A stretch of 64,000 bases of DNA from an uncultured Planctomycetota bacterium (GCA_963845755.1 CAWJTV010000033.1:288001-352000); one strand, 5' to 3'; counted from the first letter of the stretch, positions 21,642-36,630 are shown. A program made the numbers and translations. The notes: generated by a model from the sequence alone, not told the origin.

Positions 21642-22382
21642 ATGTCGCGACTTCAACCCGACGGTCACGTCCCGGGCCGGTTTCCAACGACGCAGTGGAG
21701 TCGCGTGATCACGGCCGCCAGTCGCGACGCATCTGAGGCCCGAGAGGCGCTGTCAAGCCTCTGCCAGGCGTACTGGTATCCGATCTACGCTTACGTCAGG
21801 CACCGCGGACACACGCCCGAGCAGGCACAGGACCTGACCCAGGACTTCTTCGCTTACATCCTGGAGCGCGAGCTGATCGCCATGGCCGACCCGACGCGGG
21901 GCCGCTTCCGTGCGTTCCTCCGCACTGTATGCGCGCGCCAACTGGCCGACCACCGCGATCGACGGAACGCGGCGAAGCGGGGCGGAGGCCGGTCCCCGCT
22001 CCCCATCGACCCCTGCGACGCCGAGCGCCGGTACGCGCGGGAGCCCGCTCACGAGTTGACCCCGGAACGGGTCTTCGACCGGACCTGGGCCCTGACCCTG
22101 CTGTCTCGGGTTGTCGACCGCCTCCGCCGCGAGTATGACGACGCGGGCCGGTCGGACCGATTCGAGGAATTGCTCGCCGTCCTGACCCGCGACCCGGCAT
22201 CGGACTCCTACGCCGAGATCGCCGGGCGGCTGGGGACGACCGAAGGGAACGTCCGCGTCGCCGTCCACCGCCTCCGGCGCCGGTACGGCCTGCTGTTGCG
22301 CGAGGAGATCGAGGCGACCGTCGGCGATGAGGCCCAGATCGACGACGAGATCCGCGCCCTCTTCTCCGCCCTGGAGGGATGA
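21642..22382 (+). CDS. ECF sigma factor (kinase-associated type)
   Basis: GRFPTTQWSRV, YWYPIYAYVR, AQDLTQDFF, SYAEIAGRLGTTEGNVRVAVHRLRRRY. Confidence 0.9.
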   Translation: MSRLQPDGHVPGRFPTTQWSRVITAASRDASEAREALSSLCQAYWYPIYAYVRHRGHTPEQAQDLTQDFFAYILERELIAMADPTRGRFRAFLRTVCARQLADHRDRRNAAKRGGGRSPLPIDPCDAERRYAREPAHELTPERVFDRTWALTLLSRVVDRLRREYDDAGRSDRFEELLAVLTRDPASDSYAEIAGRLGTTEGNVRVAVHRLRRRYGLLLREEIEATVGDEAQIDDEIRALFSALEG

Positions 22383-22397
22383 GATTTGGCTTTGACC

Positions 22398-22425
22398 TGT
22401 AACGTTCGCCGCCGTAATCCGAATC
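22398..22425 (+). promoter_or_regulatory. Putative ECF promoter TGTAAC-N16-CGAATC upstream of the kinase gene
   Basis: AAC-containing -35 element; same motif and spacing recur at 25814. Confidence 0.5.
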
Positions 22426-22492
22426 AAGAAGTCGGGAATGCGTTCCGGATCCTTTCGAGGTGAGGGCTAACCCTGAAGGTGGAGTATCGGGG

Positions 22493-25400
22493 ATGACCGG
22501 TCCTGAGAGCTGCCCTGATTGCGGTGCCCGCCTGCCGGCCGCGTCGCCGGCCGGGCTCTGTCCCCTCTGTCTGCTCCGGCTCGGCGCCGCCTTGTCGGCC
22601 GACCTGGCGGGGGGATCCGGCTCGAGAGCGTCGAGCGGGATCCGCGGACCCGCGGCGGGGGGCCCGGGACTTTCGCCTCGAACGGGGACGGCGCGGTCGG
22701 GGCGGTCGCTCGCATCCATCTCCGGGACGCATCCGACGCCGCGCGGCTGGTCCGGCCCGGTTCGCCAGAGATGCCCGACCGCACGGGGCAGCCGTCACGC
22801 TACCAGCTCGTCGGCGAGCTGGCCCGGGGCGGGATGGGCACGATCTTCCAAGGGCGCGACCTCGAACTCGGCCGGGACCTCGCCGTCAAGGTGATCCGGG
22901 AGGAGCACCGCGACCAACCCGAAATGGTCCGCCGGTTCGTGGAGGAGGCCCAGATCGGCGGCCAGCTACAGCACCCCGGGATCACGCCGGTGCACGAGCT
23001 GGGACGGTTCCCCGACGGCCGGCTGTTCATCGCCATGAAGCTGGTCCGTGGCCGCACCCTGGCGGCGCTCCTGGAGACGCGCGGGGGTCCCGATGAGGAT
23101 CGGATGCCATTCCTCTCGGTCTTCGAGCAGGTCTGCCAGGCGATGGCCTACGCCCACAGCCGAGGGGTGAGCCACCGGGACCTGAAGCCGTCGAACGTGA
23201 TGGTCGGCGCGTTCGGCGAGGTGCAGGTCATGGATTGGGGCCTGGCCAAGGTGCTCGACCAGGGGGGCGTGGCCGACGCGGAGCGGGCGCTGCTGCTCGC
23301 GCGACGGGGATACCTCCGTCCGGACATTGAGCTGCGGGTCGGAGGGGCTGGAATCGCGGGCCGGGTCGGTGCTGGGCACTCCGTCGTACATGGCACCGGA
23401 GCAGGCCCGGGGCGAGCTGGACACGCTCGACGAGCGGGCGGACGTCTTCGCGCTGGGCTCGATCCTCTGCGAGGTCCTCACCGGCCTGCCCGCGTTCGCG
23501 GGGGAATCCGCGGACGAGGTCGCCCGCAAGGCGGAGCGGGCCGATCTGTCGGACGCGTGGGCACGCCTCGACGCATGCGAGGCCGACGCGGAGCTGGTGA
23601 GGTTGGCGCGGTCGTGCCTGGCCGCCGCGCCGAAGCACCGGCCGCGGGACGCCGGCGCGGTGGTCGCGCGGCTGTCGGCGTATCTCGGCGGCGTCGTGAG
23701 GCGGCTGAGGGAGGCCGAGCTGGCCCAGGCCCGGGCCGAGGCCCAGGCCGCCGGAGAGCGGCGGCGCCGGCTGCTCGCGCTGGCGCTGGCCGGCTCGGTG
23801 CTCGCCACCGCACTCATCGGCGCGGCCGGTTGGGGCTGGGTGGACCGCGAGCGGCAGCGACGCGAGCGAACGATCCGGGCCGGGGTCGAGGCGGCCCTCT
23901 CCGAGGCCTCGAAGAGGCGCGATCAGGCCCGCGACACGGGCGGGGCCGACCCAGTCGCCTGGGTCGAGGCGATCGAGGCCGCCCGCCGCGCCGAATCGCT
24001 CGTCGGAAACGAGGATGCGGGTGCCGAGCTGCAAGAGCGGGTTAGGACCTTCCTGGCGGAACTAGCTCGCGAGCGCGACGGGGCCGAGGATGCCGAGAAG
24101 GATCGCCGGATGGTCGAGCGGCTCGCGGCCATCCAGAACGACCTGGGCGTCCACAACGACTTCGTCAAGGCCGACGCCGAGTACGCCGCGGCGTTCCGCG
24201 CCTACGGTGTCGACCCCGACCGGATGGAGCCGGATGCGGCCGGCCGGGCGCTGGCGGCCAGCCCGGCGGTCGCAGACCTGGCCAATACCCTCGATCACTG
24301 GGCGTTCCTCCGCCGCGGGCCGGCGTTGCGGGACCGGGCCGGCGGGGCGAGGCTGGTCGCGGCCGCTCGGGCGGCCGATCCCGACCCGTGGCGGAGCCGG
24401 CTCCGGGACACCCTCGGGCGCATGGGCGGCGACCGGCGCGCAGGCTGGAAGCCCTGGAACGGCTCGCCGCCACGGCCGACGTCGACCACCTGCCGGGGGC
24501 GAGCGTCACCCGGCTGGCCTTCGCGCTGGCGTTGCTCGGCCGGCGCGACACGGCGATCGCGCTGTTACGGCGCGCCCAAGCGTCGCACCGCGATGACTTC
24601 TGGATCAACGCCGACCTCGGGCGCGAGCTGATGGCCTCCGGCCGTCCCGAGGAGGCCGTGCGGTTCTTCGCCGTCGCCGCGGGCGTCAGCCCCCGCAGTG
24701 GGCTGGCCCTGAAGGGCCTGGCGAAGGCCCTGCTCCAGAACGGCCAGGCCTCCGAGTCAGTCGACATCCTCCGAGAGGTGACCCGGCTCCGGCCCGACGA
24801 CGCCCTGGCCCACGTCGCGCTCGGGTCGGCCCTCCTCATGCTGGGCGAGCCGCATGAGGCGGACGCGGCGTTCTCCGAGGCGCGACGATTGAAGCCGGAC
24901 GACTGGGTGGTCCGCGACCAGATCGCGCTGGCCGCGCTCCGATCGGGGCGACTGGGCCGCGGCGGTCGAGGAGCAGCGGGAATCGGTCCGTCGGTTCCCT
25001 GGGCTGGCGGTCGCGCACAAGGCGCTGGCCCACGCCATCGAGGGCGCCGGGCGTACCGACGACGCGATCGCCGAATTCCGCGAGGCCGTCCGTCTCGAAC
25101 CCCGCTTCCCGTCGGCCTACCTCTACCTAGGCCGGGCCCTGATCGAGGCGGGCGACTACCGGGCGGCGCTGGACGCGCTGCGCGCGTCGACCCCGGCCCT
25201 CCGCCTCCGGACCCTCACCTCAGCGCCTCGACGCTGGCGGCGCGAGCCGAGCACATGATCGCGCTGGAGGCGCGGCTGACTGCCGTCTTGAACGGATGCG
25301 ATCGCTCTGCCGACGCGGAAACCACCGCGGATTTCGCCCGGATCGCGTTCGCCCGGCACTCCTTTACGGCATCGGCCCGCATGTGGGCCAAGGCGTTCGC

Positions 25401-25806
25401 CGCCTCGCCGGCGCCGGCGGCCGACCCGATCACGGGGAACCGCTTCCAGGCCGCACGGGCCGCGGCGCTGGCCGGTGCCGGGAGCGGCCGGATCGAGAGC
25501 CCGGCCGATGCCCACTCCCGGGCGCGGTGGCGTGAGCAGGCCGTGGCCTGGCTGGAGGCCGACCTCGCCGCGTCCGCCGCCCTCCTGGAATCGGGGACCT
25601 CACGGCAGCGCGCCGCGGTCCTCAAGCGGCTCGGCCGGTGGCCACTCGACCCGGCCCTGGCGGGTATCCGCGATGTCCAGGCCAGAACCTCGCTCCCCGA
25701 GCCCGAGCGCCGTTCGCTCCGCGACCTCTGGAGCCGGGTCGAGGCGGTGCGGGCGAAAGCCGCCGCCCCCGCCCCGCAAGGGCACGCTGCGAGCAGAAAT
25801 CCGTGA
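22493..25806 (+). CDS. Ser/Thr protein kinase with N-terminal CxxC...CPxC motif, TM helix and TPR repeats (several frameshifts)
   Basis: CPDCG...[62 protein letters not shown] segments. Confidence 0.85.
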
Positions 25807-25813
25807 AGGCAGC

Positions 25814-25841
25814 TGTAACGTCGGTGGACTTTTCCCCAATC
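25814..25841 (+). promoter_or_regulatory. Putative ECF promoter TGTAAC-N16-CCAATC upstream of the PVC heme protein operon
   Basis: Second copy of the 22398 motif with identical spacing. Confidence 0.5.
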
Positions 25842-25938
25842 TGGTATGAGGGGGAAGCGAGGCCCCCCACCAGGTCGACATCGCCCGAGCCCGGGCCGCG
25901 CCAGGCGGACGGGGGTACCGCCCGAAGGGTCGGGGTTT

Positions 25939-26001
25939 GTAGGGTGGGTGAAACCCCGCCGACGCAAAGCCCTGGTCTATGGTGGGTTGCACCCACCCTA
26001 C
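25939..26001. repeat. GTAG-type REP doublet (inverted pair)
   Basis: GTAGGGTGGGTGAAACCC ... GGTGGGTTGCACCCACCCTAC; related copy at 47406. Confidence 0.8.
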
Positions 26002-26045
26002 GAGACTGACAGAGCCGCCCGACAACCGAGGGGGAGAATCCGCAG

Positions 26046-29000
26046 ATGAGGCTCCGCACTTGCCTGGCCGTCCCGGTCCTCATCCTCCTTGCGGCGTTCG
26101 CCGCGGCCGCCCACGCAGTCGAACCGCCCGCCTCGAGGCCGCTATCGGTCCTCTTCCTCGGCGACCAGGGGCACCACCGCCCCGCCGATCGCTACGCCCA
26201 GATCGCCCCGATCCTCGCCGGGCGCGGGATTGAGGTCACTTACACGGAGAAGCCGTCGGACCTGAACCCCGACACGCTCCGCAAGTATGACGCGCTCCTC
26301 ATCTACGCCAACACGACCCGGATCAGCAAGGACCAGGAGAAGGCCCTGCTCGACTACGTGGCCGGCGGCGGAGGCTTCGTCCCGCTGCACTGCGCCTCGT
26401 TCTGTTTCCTGAACTCGCCGGCATACATCGCGCTGGTCGGCGCCCAGTTCCAGAAGCACGGGACCGGCGAGCTCGAGACGATGGTCGTCGACTCGGATCA
26501 TCCCATCATCAAGGGGCTGGAGCCGTTCCGCACCTGGGACGAGACCTACGTCCACACCAAGCACAACACGAAGGACCGCCACGTCCTCCAGACCCGGAAT
26601 GACCAGGCCGGCTCGGAGCCCTGGACCTGGACACGCACGCAAGGCAAGGGGCGCGTCTTCTACACTGCGTATGGCCACGATTCCCGCACCTGGGGCCACC
26701 CCGGCTTTCATGACCTCCTCGAGCACGGCATCCGCTGGGCCGCGAACAACGGGGACGTCTACGACTCCCGGCCGCGCGTGGCCCAGGGCCTGAAGCCGCT
26801 CGAATACGAGCCCGCGGAGATCCCCCTCTACACCCCGGGCGCCCGGTGGGGCACCCTCGGCGAGCCGATCCGCCGGATGCAGAAGCCGCTCTCGCCCGAG
26901 GAGTCGCAGAAGCACCTCGCCCTGCCGGTCGGATTCGAGGCGAAGCTGTTCGTCGCGGAACCGCGGATCTTCAAGCCGATCACGATGACCTGGGACCACC
27001 TCGGCCGGCTCTACGTCGCCGAGACCGTCGATTATCCGAACGGGATGCAGCCGAAGGGGAAGGGACGTGACCGGATCTCGATCGTCGAGGACACCGACGG
27101 CGACGGCCAGGCCGACAAGGTCTCGCTCTTCGCCGACAGCCTGAGCATCCCGACGAGCCTCTGCTGCGCTAATGGCGGCCTGATCGTGGCCCAGGCGCCC
27201 GACATGCTCTTCCTCAAGGACACCAATGGCGACGGCAAGGCCGACGAGCGGAAGGTCCTCTTCACCGGCTTCCACACCAACGACACCCACGCCGGCCCGT
27301 CGAACCTCCGCTACGGGCTGGATAACTGGATCTACGCGATCATCGGCTACGCCGGCTTCAGCGGCGAGGTCGGCGGCGAGCGGCACAGCTTCCGTCAGGG
27401 GTTCTTCCGGTTCAAGCCGGACGGCGCGAAGCTGGAGTTCCTCCGCAGCACGAACAACAACTCCTGGGGCGTCGGCATCAGCGAGGAGGGCCTCCTCTTC
27501 GGCTCGACCGCCAACGGCTGCCCGAGCGTCTACATGCCGATCGCCAACCGCTACTACGAGTCGGTCCGCGGCATGGCGCCGACGGTCCTGCAGAACATCG
27601 CCGACTCGAACCGCTTCTTTCCGATCACCGAGCAGGTCCGCCAGGTCGACTGGCACGGCGGCTTCACGGCCGGGGCCGGCTCGGCGCTATACACCGCGCG
27701 CACCTATCCTAAGCATTACTGGAACAAGACAGCTTTCGTCGCCGAGCCGACCGGGCACCTCGTCGCGACATTCACGCTCCACCCGGACGGCACGGACTTC
27801 CACTCGCACAACGCCTGGAACCTCGCGGCGAGCGACGACGAGTGGACCGCACCGATCCTGGCCGAGGTCGGCCCCGACGGCGATGTCTGGGTGATCGACT
27901 GGTACAACTTCATCGTGCAGCACAACCCGACGCCCAAGGGTTACAGGACCGGCAAGGGCGCGGCGTATGAGACCCCCCTGCGCGACAAGACGCACGGACG
28001 CATCTATCACATCGTCGCGAAGGACAGCAAGCCGAGCGCGCAGCCGAAGCTGTCGAAGGACGACCCGAGGGGGCTCGTCGCGGCGCTCAAGAATGACAAC
28101 ATGTTCTGGCGGCTGCACGCCCAGCGGCTCCTCGTCGAGCGGCGTGATAAGTCGGTCATACCCGACCTCGCCGCCCTGATCGACGGGCCGGTCGACTCCA
28201 CCGGCCTGAACGCCGCGGGGGTCCATGCGATCTGGACATTGCACGGGCTGGGCGCGTTGCACCCCACCGTGCCGGCCGGGTCCGGCACACGCGGCGATGA
28301 GGTGCTCGCCGCCGTCAAGAAGGGGCTGAAACACCCGTCGCCCGCCGTGCGCCGTGCCGCGATCCTGGCCCTGCCGCGGGGTCCCGGCGCCGCGACGGGC
28401 ATGTGGCTCGCCGGCGTGTTCGATGACCCCGACCCGCAGGTCCGCCTGGCGGCCTGCCTGGCCATGGCCGAGGTGCCCCGCGCTGAGGACGGCGACAACG
28501 CCTCCCGGATCCTCTCGGCCCTGCTCGACGCGCGGAATCAGCGCGATCGCTGGATGGGCGACGCCCTGACGATCGCCGCCGCGGCGCACGCGCCGAGTTC
28601 TTCAAGGAGCTGGCGCACAGCGGACTCGACGGGACGAAGGGACGGCTGCTGATCCCGGTCACGGCGCGGGTCGCCGAGCACTACGCGCGGGGCGGGCCGG
28701 TCGACTCGATCGCCGCGATCCTGGCCCTCCAGGCCGACGTCAAGCCCGCGTTGCGCGACGCCTTGATCGGCGGCCTCGCCAAGGGATGGCCGCGCGACAA
28801 GACGCCTGCGCTCAACGCCGCCTCGGAACAGGCCGTCGCCGAGCTCCTGCCGAGGCTCTCGCCGGAGGCCCGCGGCCGGATGCTCGGCCTCGCCTCGCGA
28901 TGGGGCGTCAAGGGGCTCGACGCCTTCGCCGCCGGACTCGCCAAAGACTTCCTCGCCGCGGCCTGCGACGCTTCGAAGCCCGAAGCGGCCCGCATCGCCG

Positions 29001-30406
29001 CCGCACGAGGGCTGATCGACCTCCGCAAGGCCGACCCGCGGGCCGCGCGCGACGTCATCGCGCTCGTCACCCCGAAGACGCCGCCCGACCTGGCGAGCGG
29101 CCTGATCGGCGCCGTGGCGCAGAGCGACTCCCCCGAGGTCGCCCTCGCGCTGGTGGACGCGATCGGACCGATGACCCCGGCGGCCCGCAAGGCGACCATC
29201 CTGGTGCTGCTCGGCAAGACCGACTGGACCAGCGCGCTGGTGAGCGGGATAGAGGGGGGCAAGGTGGCGCTGTCCCTCCTCTCGCTCGACCAGTCGCAGG
29301 CCTTGGCCTCCCACCCGGACAGCAAGATCGCCGAGCGGGCCAAGGCCCTGCTTGCCAAGGGTGGCGGGCTGCCCGACCCCGATCGCGAGAAGGTCATCCA
29401 GGCGCTGGCGCCGATCGTCCTGAAGGGCGGCGACGCTTTGCGCGGCAAGGAGGTCTTCAAGAAGGAATGCCTGAAGTGCCATACGCACTCGGGCGAGGGG
29501 GGCAAGGTCGGCCCCGATCTAACCGGCATGGCCGCGCATCCCAGGAGCGAGTTGATCGTCCACATACTCGACCCGAGCCGCTCGGTCGAGGGGAACTTCC
29601 TCCAGTACACCGTCTCGACCGCCGACGGCCGAATCCTGAACGGCCTGCTGGCCGCCGAGACGAAGACCTCGATCGACCTGCTCGACGCCGAGGGGAAGAA
29701 GCAGACACTCCTCCGCGAAGACATCGAGGAGCTCGCCGCGTCGAAGAAGTCGGTCATGCCCGAGGGGTTCGAAAAGACGATCTCACCGGAGGGCCTGGCC
29801 GACCTGCTCCGGTTCCTCACGCAAAAAGGGAAGTACCTGCCGCTGGACCTCCGCAAGGTCGCCACGCTCACGACGACCGAGGGGGTGCCTTTCGGTCCCA
29901 GGGGTGCGATCGGTAAGCTGATCTTCGAGGACTGGGGCCCGAAGGTCGTCAACGCGGTGCCGTTCGTGCTGGTCAACCCGCAGGGCGGCCGCCAGCCGAA
30001 CGCGATCATGATAAGCGGCCCGGGCAGTAGGTTCGCGCCGAAGATGCCGAGCTCGGTTACCCTGCCCGTGAACGCCCCGGCCAGGGCGATCCACCTGCTG
30101 AGCGGCGTGGCCCTCCTGGGATACCCGGTCGGCCGCGAGGGGACCGTCTCGATGATCGCCCGCATCCACTACGAGGACGGAACGACCGAGGATCACGAAC
30201 TGAAGAACGGCGTGCACTTCGCCGACGTCAACGGCGCGCAGGACGTCTCGGGCTCGAAGCTGGCGTTCCAGCTCGGCGGCCACCAGATCCGCTACTTGAC
30301 CGTCATACCGAAGAAGGAGGATTCGATCTCCAGCATCGAGCTGATGAAAGGGCCCGACCGGACCGCCCCGATCGTCCTGGCCGCAACGGTCGAAGGCTTC
30401 GAGTGA
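26046..30406 (+). CDS. ThuA-domain / PVC-type heme-binding CxxCH membrane-bound dehydrogenase-like protein (frameshift ~28600)
   Basis: Signal peptide; PLHCAS, WDETY, GRVFYTAYGH (ThuA); beta-propeller with EDTDGDGQADK; HEAT-like repeats; CLKCH, VGPDLTG, SVMPEG. Confidence 0.9.
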
Positions 30407-32555
<2,149 letters not shown>

Positions 32556-33237
32556 AGGGCTGTCAGATAGCCGTCCCAAGACTCCTGATTCAATCAAGGG
32601 AGGCATTCAACGTGCAAAAGGGGAATTTATCGCGGCGTGGTTTCTTGCAGAGACTTCAGGGAGCGCTGGCCGCCACGGGGCTGCCGGTCTGGTATGCCGG
32701 GCAGTTCCTGGCCGCCCAGGAGGAAGGCGCGGCCAAGAAGACGTCCGCCGGCGATCGCCTCGTCATGGGGATCGTCGGCATCGGCAGCCCTCAGAGCCGC
32801 AGCCTGCAGGTCGTGGGCGAATCACGCCCCTGCGTCGAATCGGGACAGTTGATCTTCACCCTCGGATGCGACGTCGATGCCGCTCATCGCAAGCGCGCCA
32901 CGGAGGTGATGCGCGAGCGAGGGTTCCGGGATTTCGAGGCCAAAACGAAGGACTTCCGCGACCTCGTCCACAATCCGTCTCTCGATTGTCTGCTCGTCGC
33001 CACACCCGACCATTGGCATGCCCAGGTGGCGATCGAGGCACTCCGGGCTGGCAAGGACGTCTATTGCGAGAAGCCGCTGACGCTGACCGTCGCCGAGTCG
33101 TTCGCGCTCCAGGAGGTGGTCAAGGACACCGGCCGCATCCTGCAGACTGGCAGCCAGCAGCGCACCGTTTATCGCGGTATGTTCCGCCTGGCGGTCGATC
33201 TGGTCCGCGCCGGCCGGCTCGGCAAGATCAAGACCAT

Positions 33238-34135
33238 AGTCTGTTCCATAATGCGGATTCGTACGTAGAAAGGGTATGAGAACCAAACCCTATCCGAGCG
33301 ACTTGACCGATGCCCAGTGGGACCTTTTCGAGCCGCTGCTCCCTCCCGCCTCGAACTTGGGGCGGCCCCGCAAGACTGAGCCTCGGGACATCGTCGATGC
33401 CATCCTCTATCGAAATCGCAACGGCTGTACCTGGCGGGCCTTACCGCACGACTTTCCGGCTCTGGAGGACCGTCTACAACTACTTCATCGATGGACGGCC
33501 GACGGCACTTGGCAGGCCATCCACGACGCATTGCGAGAGCAGGTCCGCCAGCAAGGCGGGTCGGAAGCCGACTCCCAGCGCCGGCAGCATCGACAGCCAG
33601 ACGGTCAAGGCGACCGAGATCGGCGGCCCGCACGGCTATGACGGGGGCAAGCAGATCAAGGGTCGGAAGCGACATATCGTAGTGGACACCCTGGGTTTGC
33701 TCCTGGCGGTGGCCGTCACCAGCGCCGCGGCCGACGATGGGACGGCGGCCCCGGAGGTGCTCAAGAAGATGAACCGAGAGGAGTTCCCCCGGTCTGAAGA
33801 AGCTCTGGGCGGACAACAAGTACCACAATCACAGCTTGAACCGTTGGGTATCCGAGCACGGCTGGTACGTGATCGAGGTGGTGAGTCGTCCGGCCGGGAG
33901 CGAGGGCTTCAAGGTGATCAAGTGGCGTTGGGTGGTGGAACGGACTTCGCCTGGCTGGGCCGTTGCCGGATCCACAGCCGGGACTACGAGCGGAAGACCG
34001 AGTTCGAGCGAGGCTCAGATCCAGATCAGCATGATCGGTCTGATGCTCCGGCGCTCTCCGGGGAGAAGCATAAGGCCCCCTTCCGCTATCCTCGCCACAG
34101 GAAACGTCGCTGCATGAGAATTATGGAACAGACTG
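33238..34135 (+). mobile_element. IS5-family insertion sequence (~0.9 kb)
   Basis: 15-bp terminal inverted repeats AGTCTGTTCCATAAT (33238-33252) / ATTATGGAACAGACT (34120-34134) around the transposase. Confidence 0.92.
33276..34117 (+). CDS. IS5-family DDE transposase (several frameshifts)
   Basis: [61 protein letters not shown]. Confidence 0.9.
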
Positions 34136-35355
34136 TGAGTGCCGCATCGGCGGCAACCCGACGAGCGGCCCGATCCCGGAGGCGCCCGTCCCCGAGGGCC
34201 TGGACTGGGACCTCTGGCTCGGCCCGACCGCGAAGGTGCCCTTTCGCAAGAAGGGCAAGCAGTCGAACTGCCACTACGAGTTCCGCTGGTGGTACGACTA
34301 CTCCGGCGGCAAGATGACCGACTGGGGAGCGCACCACCTGGACATCGCGCAATGGGCCCTGGGCAAGGACGGCAGCGGACCGGTGGCCATCGAGGTGCTG
34401 AAGGCGGATGAGCCCTACAAGGGCGGCGATGGCTACAATGGTCATCCCCACTTCCACGTCCAGTACACCTACGACGACGGCACCAAGGTCATCGCCATGG
34501 ACGGTGGCGGCACCGATGCCAAGGACCTGGTCAACAAGGATGGCAAGGCGCCGAGGCGCCCCATCGGCCCCAATGCGAATGGCGTGCTGATCCGGGGAGA
34601 GCACGGCACGATCTTCGTCGGCCGCGGCTCGCTCCTTGCCAGCGAAGCCAAGATCCTTTCTGAGCCGCTCAAAGAAGACCCGAAGGTCTACGATGGCCGG
34701 CCGACCAACCACATGCAGAACTTCGTTGATTGCGTCAAGAGCCGCAAGCCGCCAATTTGCAACGCCACGGTTGGCGGCGGCTCAGTGATCGTCTGCCACA
34801 TCGGTGTGATCGCACTGCGTACCGGCAAGAAACTGAAGTGGGACCCGGTTCGCGCATCAATTCGATGACGCGGAGGCAAACCAGATGCTGTCCCGGCCGC
34901 GCCGCGACCCGTGGCAGCTCAAGGTGTAGGCGAGATGATTTCAGATCTCACGCCAGGACGCCAATACGCAACGGGGTGACGCCGGACGGCATGTGCCCGC
35001 TTGCCGGCCTGTTGTCCCGGCGTGAGATTCCGGAGCGGGATTGCCGGGCGCGCCTAGTGCCTCACCGCTTGCGGCCCGGACCGCAATGCCGATCTCAGGA
35101 CGGTGATTCCAAGAACGCCCGCTTCATCTGGCTTGAACGAAGCGGCTCGTCGCCTCGAGGGTCGAAACAGGGGCAAGCAACGGAACGCAGCTCACGCGGC
35201 CAGCCGTACCTTGGCCGTTCTGCTCATCGGCACTCTGCCCGACCCGAAGCCAGGGAGCACCGAAGCATCGTTTGTCCTCAAGGTGGTGCCGGGCCGCTGA
35301 AGTGACGCCCAAGGCGCTTCCTCGTCCATTATTACAACCTCACCGAAGCAACTTG

Positions 35356-35731
35356 GGACTCGCGAGGTTCGAAGGGGCTCCAGGTCCGCCCTTCGTGCTG
35401 CGGCTGCAGCGTCTGATAATACGCACCTATGTTCGGTTAAGTTGAGTTGTGCGGTCTGTACCGGTCACCGCACGGAGCACAGTAATGATTGCATGCGTCT
35501 GCCAACCGGCTGTGCCGACCGTCTGGACGGCCCACCTGAACACCGGTTGGGTCTGCCGATCCGCTGCGCGGCGGTCCAGAACCTCATCCAGCCGATAAAC
35601 CGTCCGATCGACGGGGTTGACCCGTCCGGGAAGGAGGGGGATCGGCGGCCCTATTGCTGGTGCGAGCGGCGGCCATGAGAGAGACGGTCTCGCGGAGCCG
35701 GACTGGTTCCTGGACGCGGCCACGGTCACGC
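35356..35731. repeat. ~375 bp direct repeat, copy 1; copy 2 at 44382..44758
   Basis: Near-identical from GGACTCGCGAGGTTCGAAG to GTCACGCG. Confidence 0.95.
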
Positions 35732-35741
35732 GGCCGAGTTC

Positions 35742-36630
35742 ACACGTTCCGGGGCGTGGCCCGGCGAATCGTCGCGACTTCCAGCGGCGATGTCTACCGG
35801 GCGTACGGCCGGTTACTCGGAACGGAGCCTGGTCCCGTCGAACGGACTCCGCTTGTCGAAGACGCGCCACTGCGTTCGGTCTTGTTCCCATACCGCGACA
35901 AGGCCCATGGGTCGGACGACTTCCTCTACGCTTATGACAAGATCCCGGTCGAGCAGGTGGTGCTGGCCAATCCCGACCTTCCCGGAACGGTCGTGCGGCT
36001 GCCGATGACCTATGGTCCCGGTGACCCGTTCCGCCGCTGCTCACCTTATCTGAAGCGCATGACCGACGGTCGCCCGGCGATCCGGCTCGACGCGGGCCTG
36101 GCTCGCTGGAAGACCCCGCGCGGGTATGTCGAGAATGTGGCGGCGGCCCTCGCGCTGGTCGTTGAGGACGATCGAGCCGCGGGGCGGGTCTACAATGTCT
36201 CCGAACCGGTCTCCTTCCGCGAGGCCGATTGGGTGCGGAGGATCGCCGAGGTGATCGGCTGGACCGGCGAGGTCGCGACGGTCCCCGAAGGACGGATTCC
36301 GGTTCCCTATCACTTCGACCAGGACCTGGATACGGACCCGCACCGCATCCGGGAGGAACTGGGGTTCGCCGAGACCGTGATGCTGCACGACGCGCCTGGA
36401 AAGGACGATCGCCTGGGAGCGAACCAACCCGCCCGAGCAATGGTCGGCGCTCGGAATCCTGGATGACGCGTTCGAACCGGAGCCGCTGGGCTGAGGCTCG
36501 CATCCAGGAGAAGCAGGTAGACCATCTCCATTCCTCCCGTCGCGCCCCGAGACGATAAACGAAGCCTGGATGCACGAGACATCATTGACTTTGGGACGGT
36601 TCGGTAGGAAGGGACGAAATCTGGTTTATG
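35742..36630 (+). pseudogene. 5'-truncated duplicate of the epimerase gene plus downstream DNA (repeat copy 2)
   Basis: Matches 19976..20863; lacks the Rossmann N-terminus; extra C near 36395. Confidence 0.9.

Larger units (their letters stand above)
32612..34929 (+). pseudogene. Tat-exported Gfo/Idh/MocA oxidoreductase interrupted by an IS
   Basis: SRRGFL, ATPDHWH, DVYCEKP, QTGSQQR; after the [27 protein letters not shown]; removing 33238..34135 restores KTIECRIG. Confidence 0.9.

Noticed and set aside
33276..34117. Programmed frameshift in the IS5 transposase
   Set aside because: Several shifts at non-slippery positions, matching the window-wide indel pattern
34930..35355. Possible gene remnant between Gfo and the 375-bp repeat
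   Set aside because: No ORF with recognisable motifs or a convincing start
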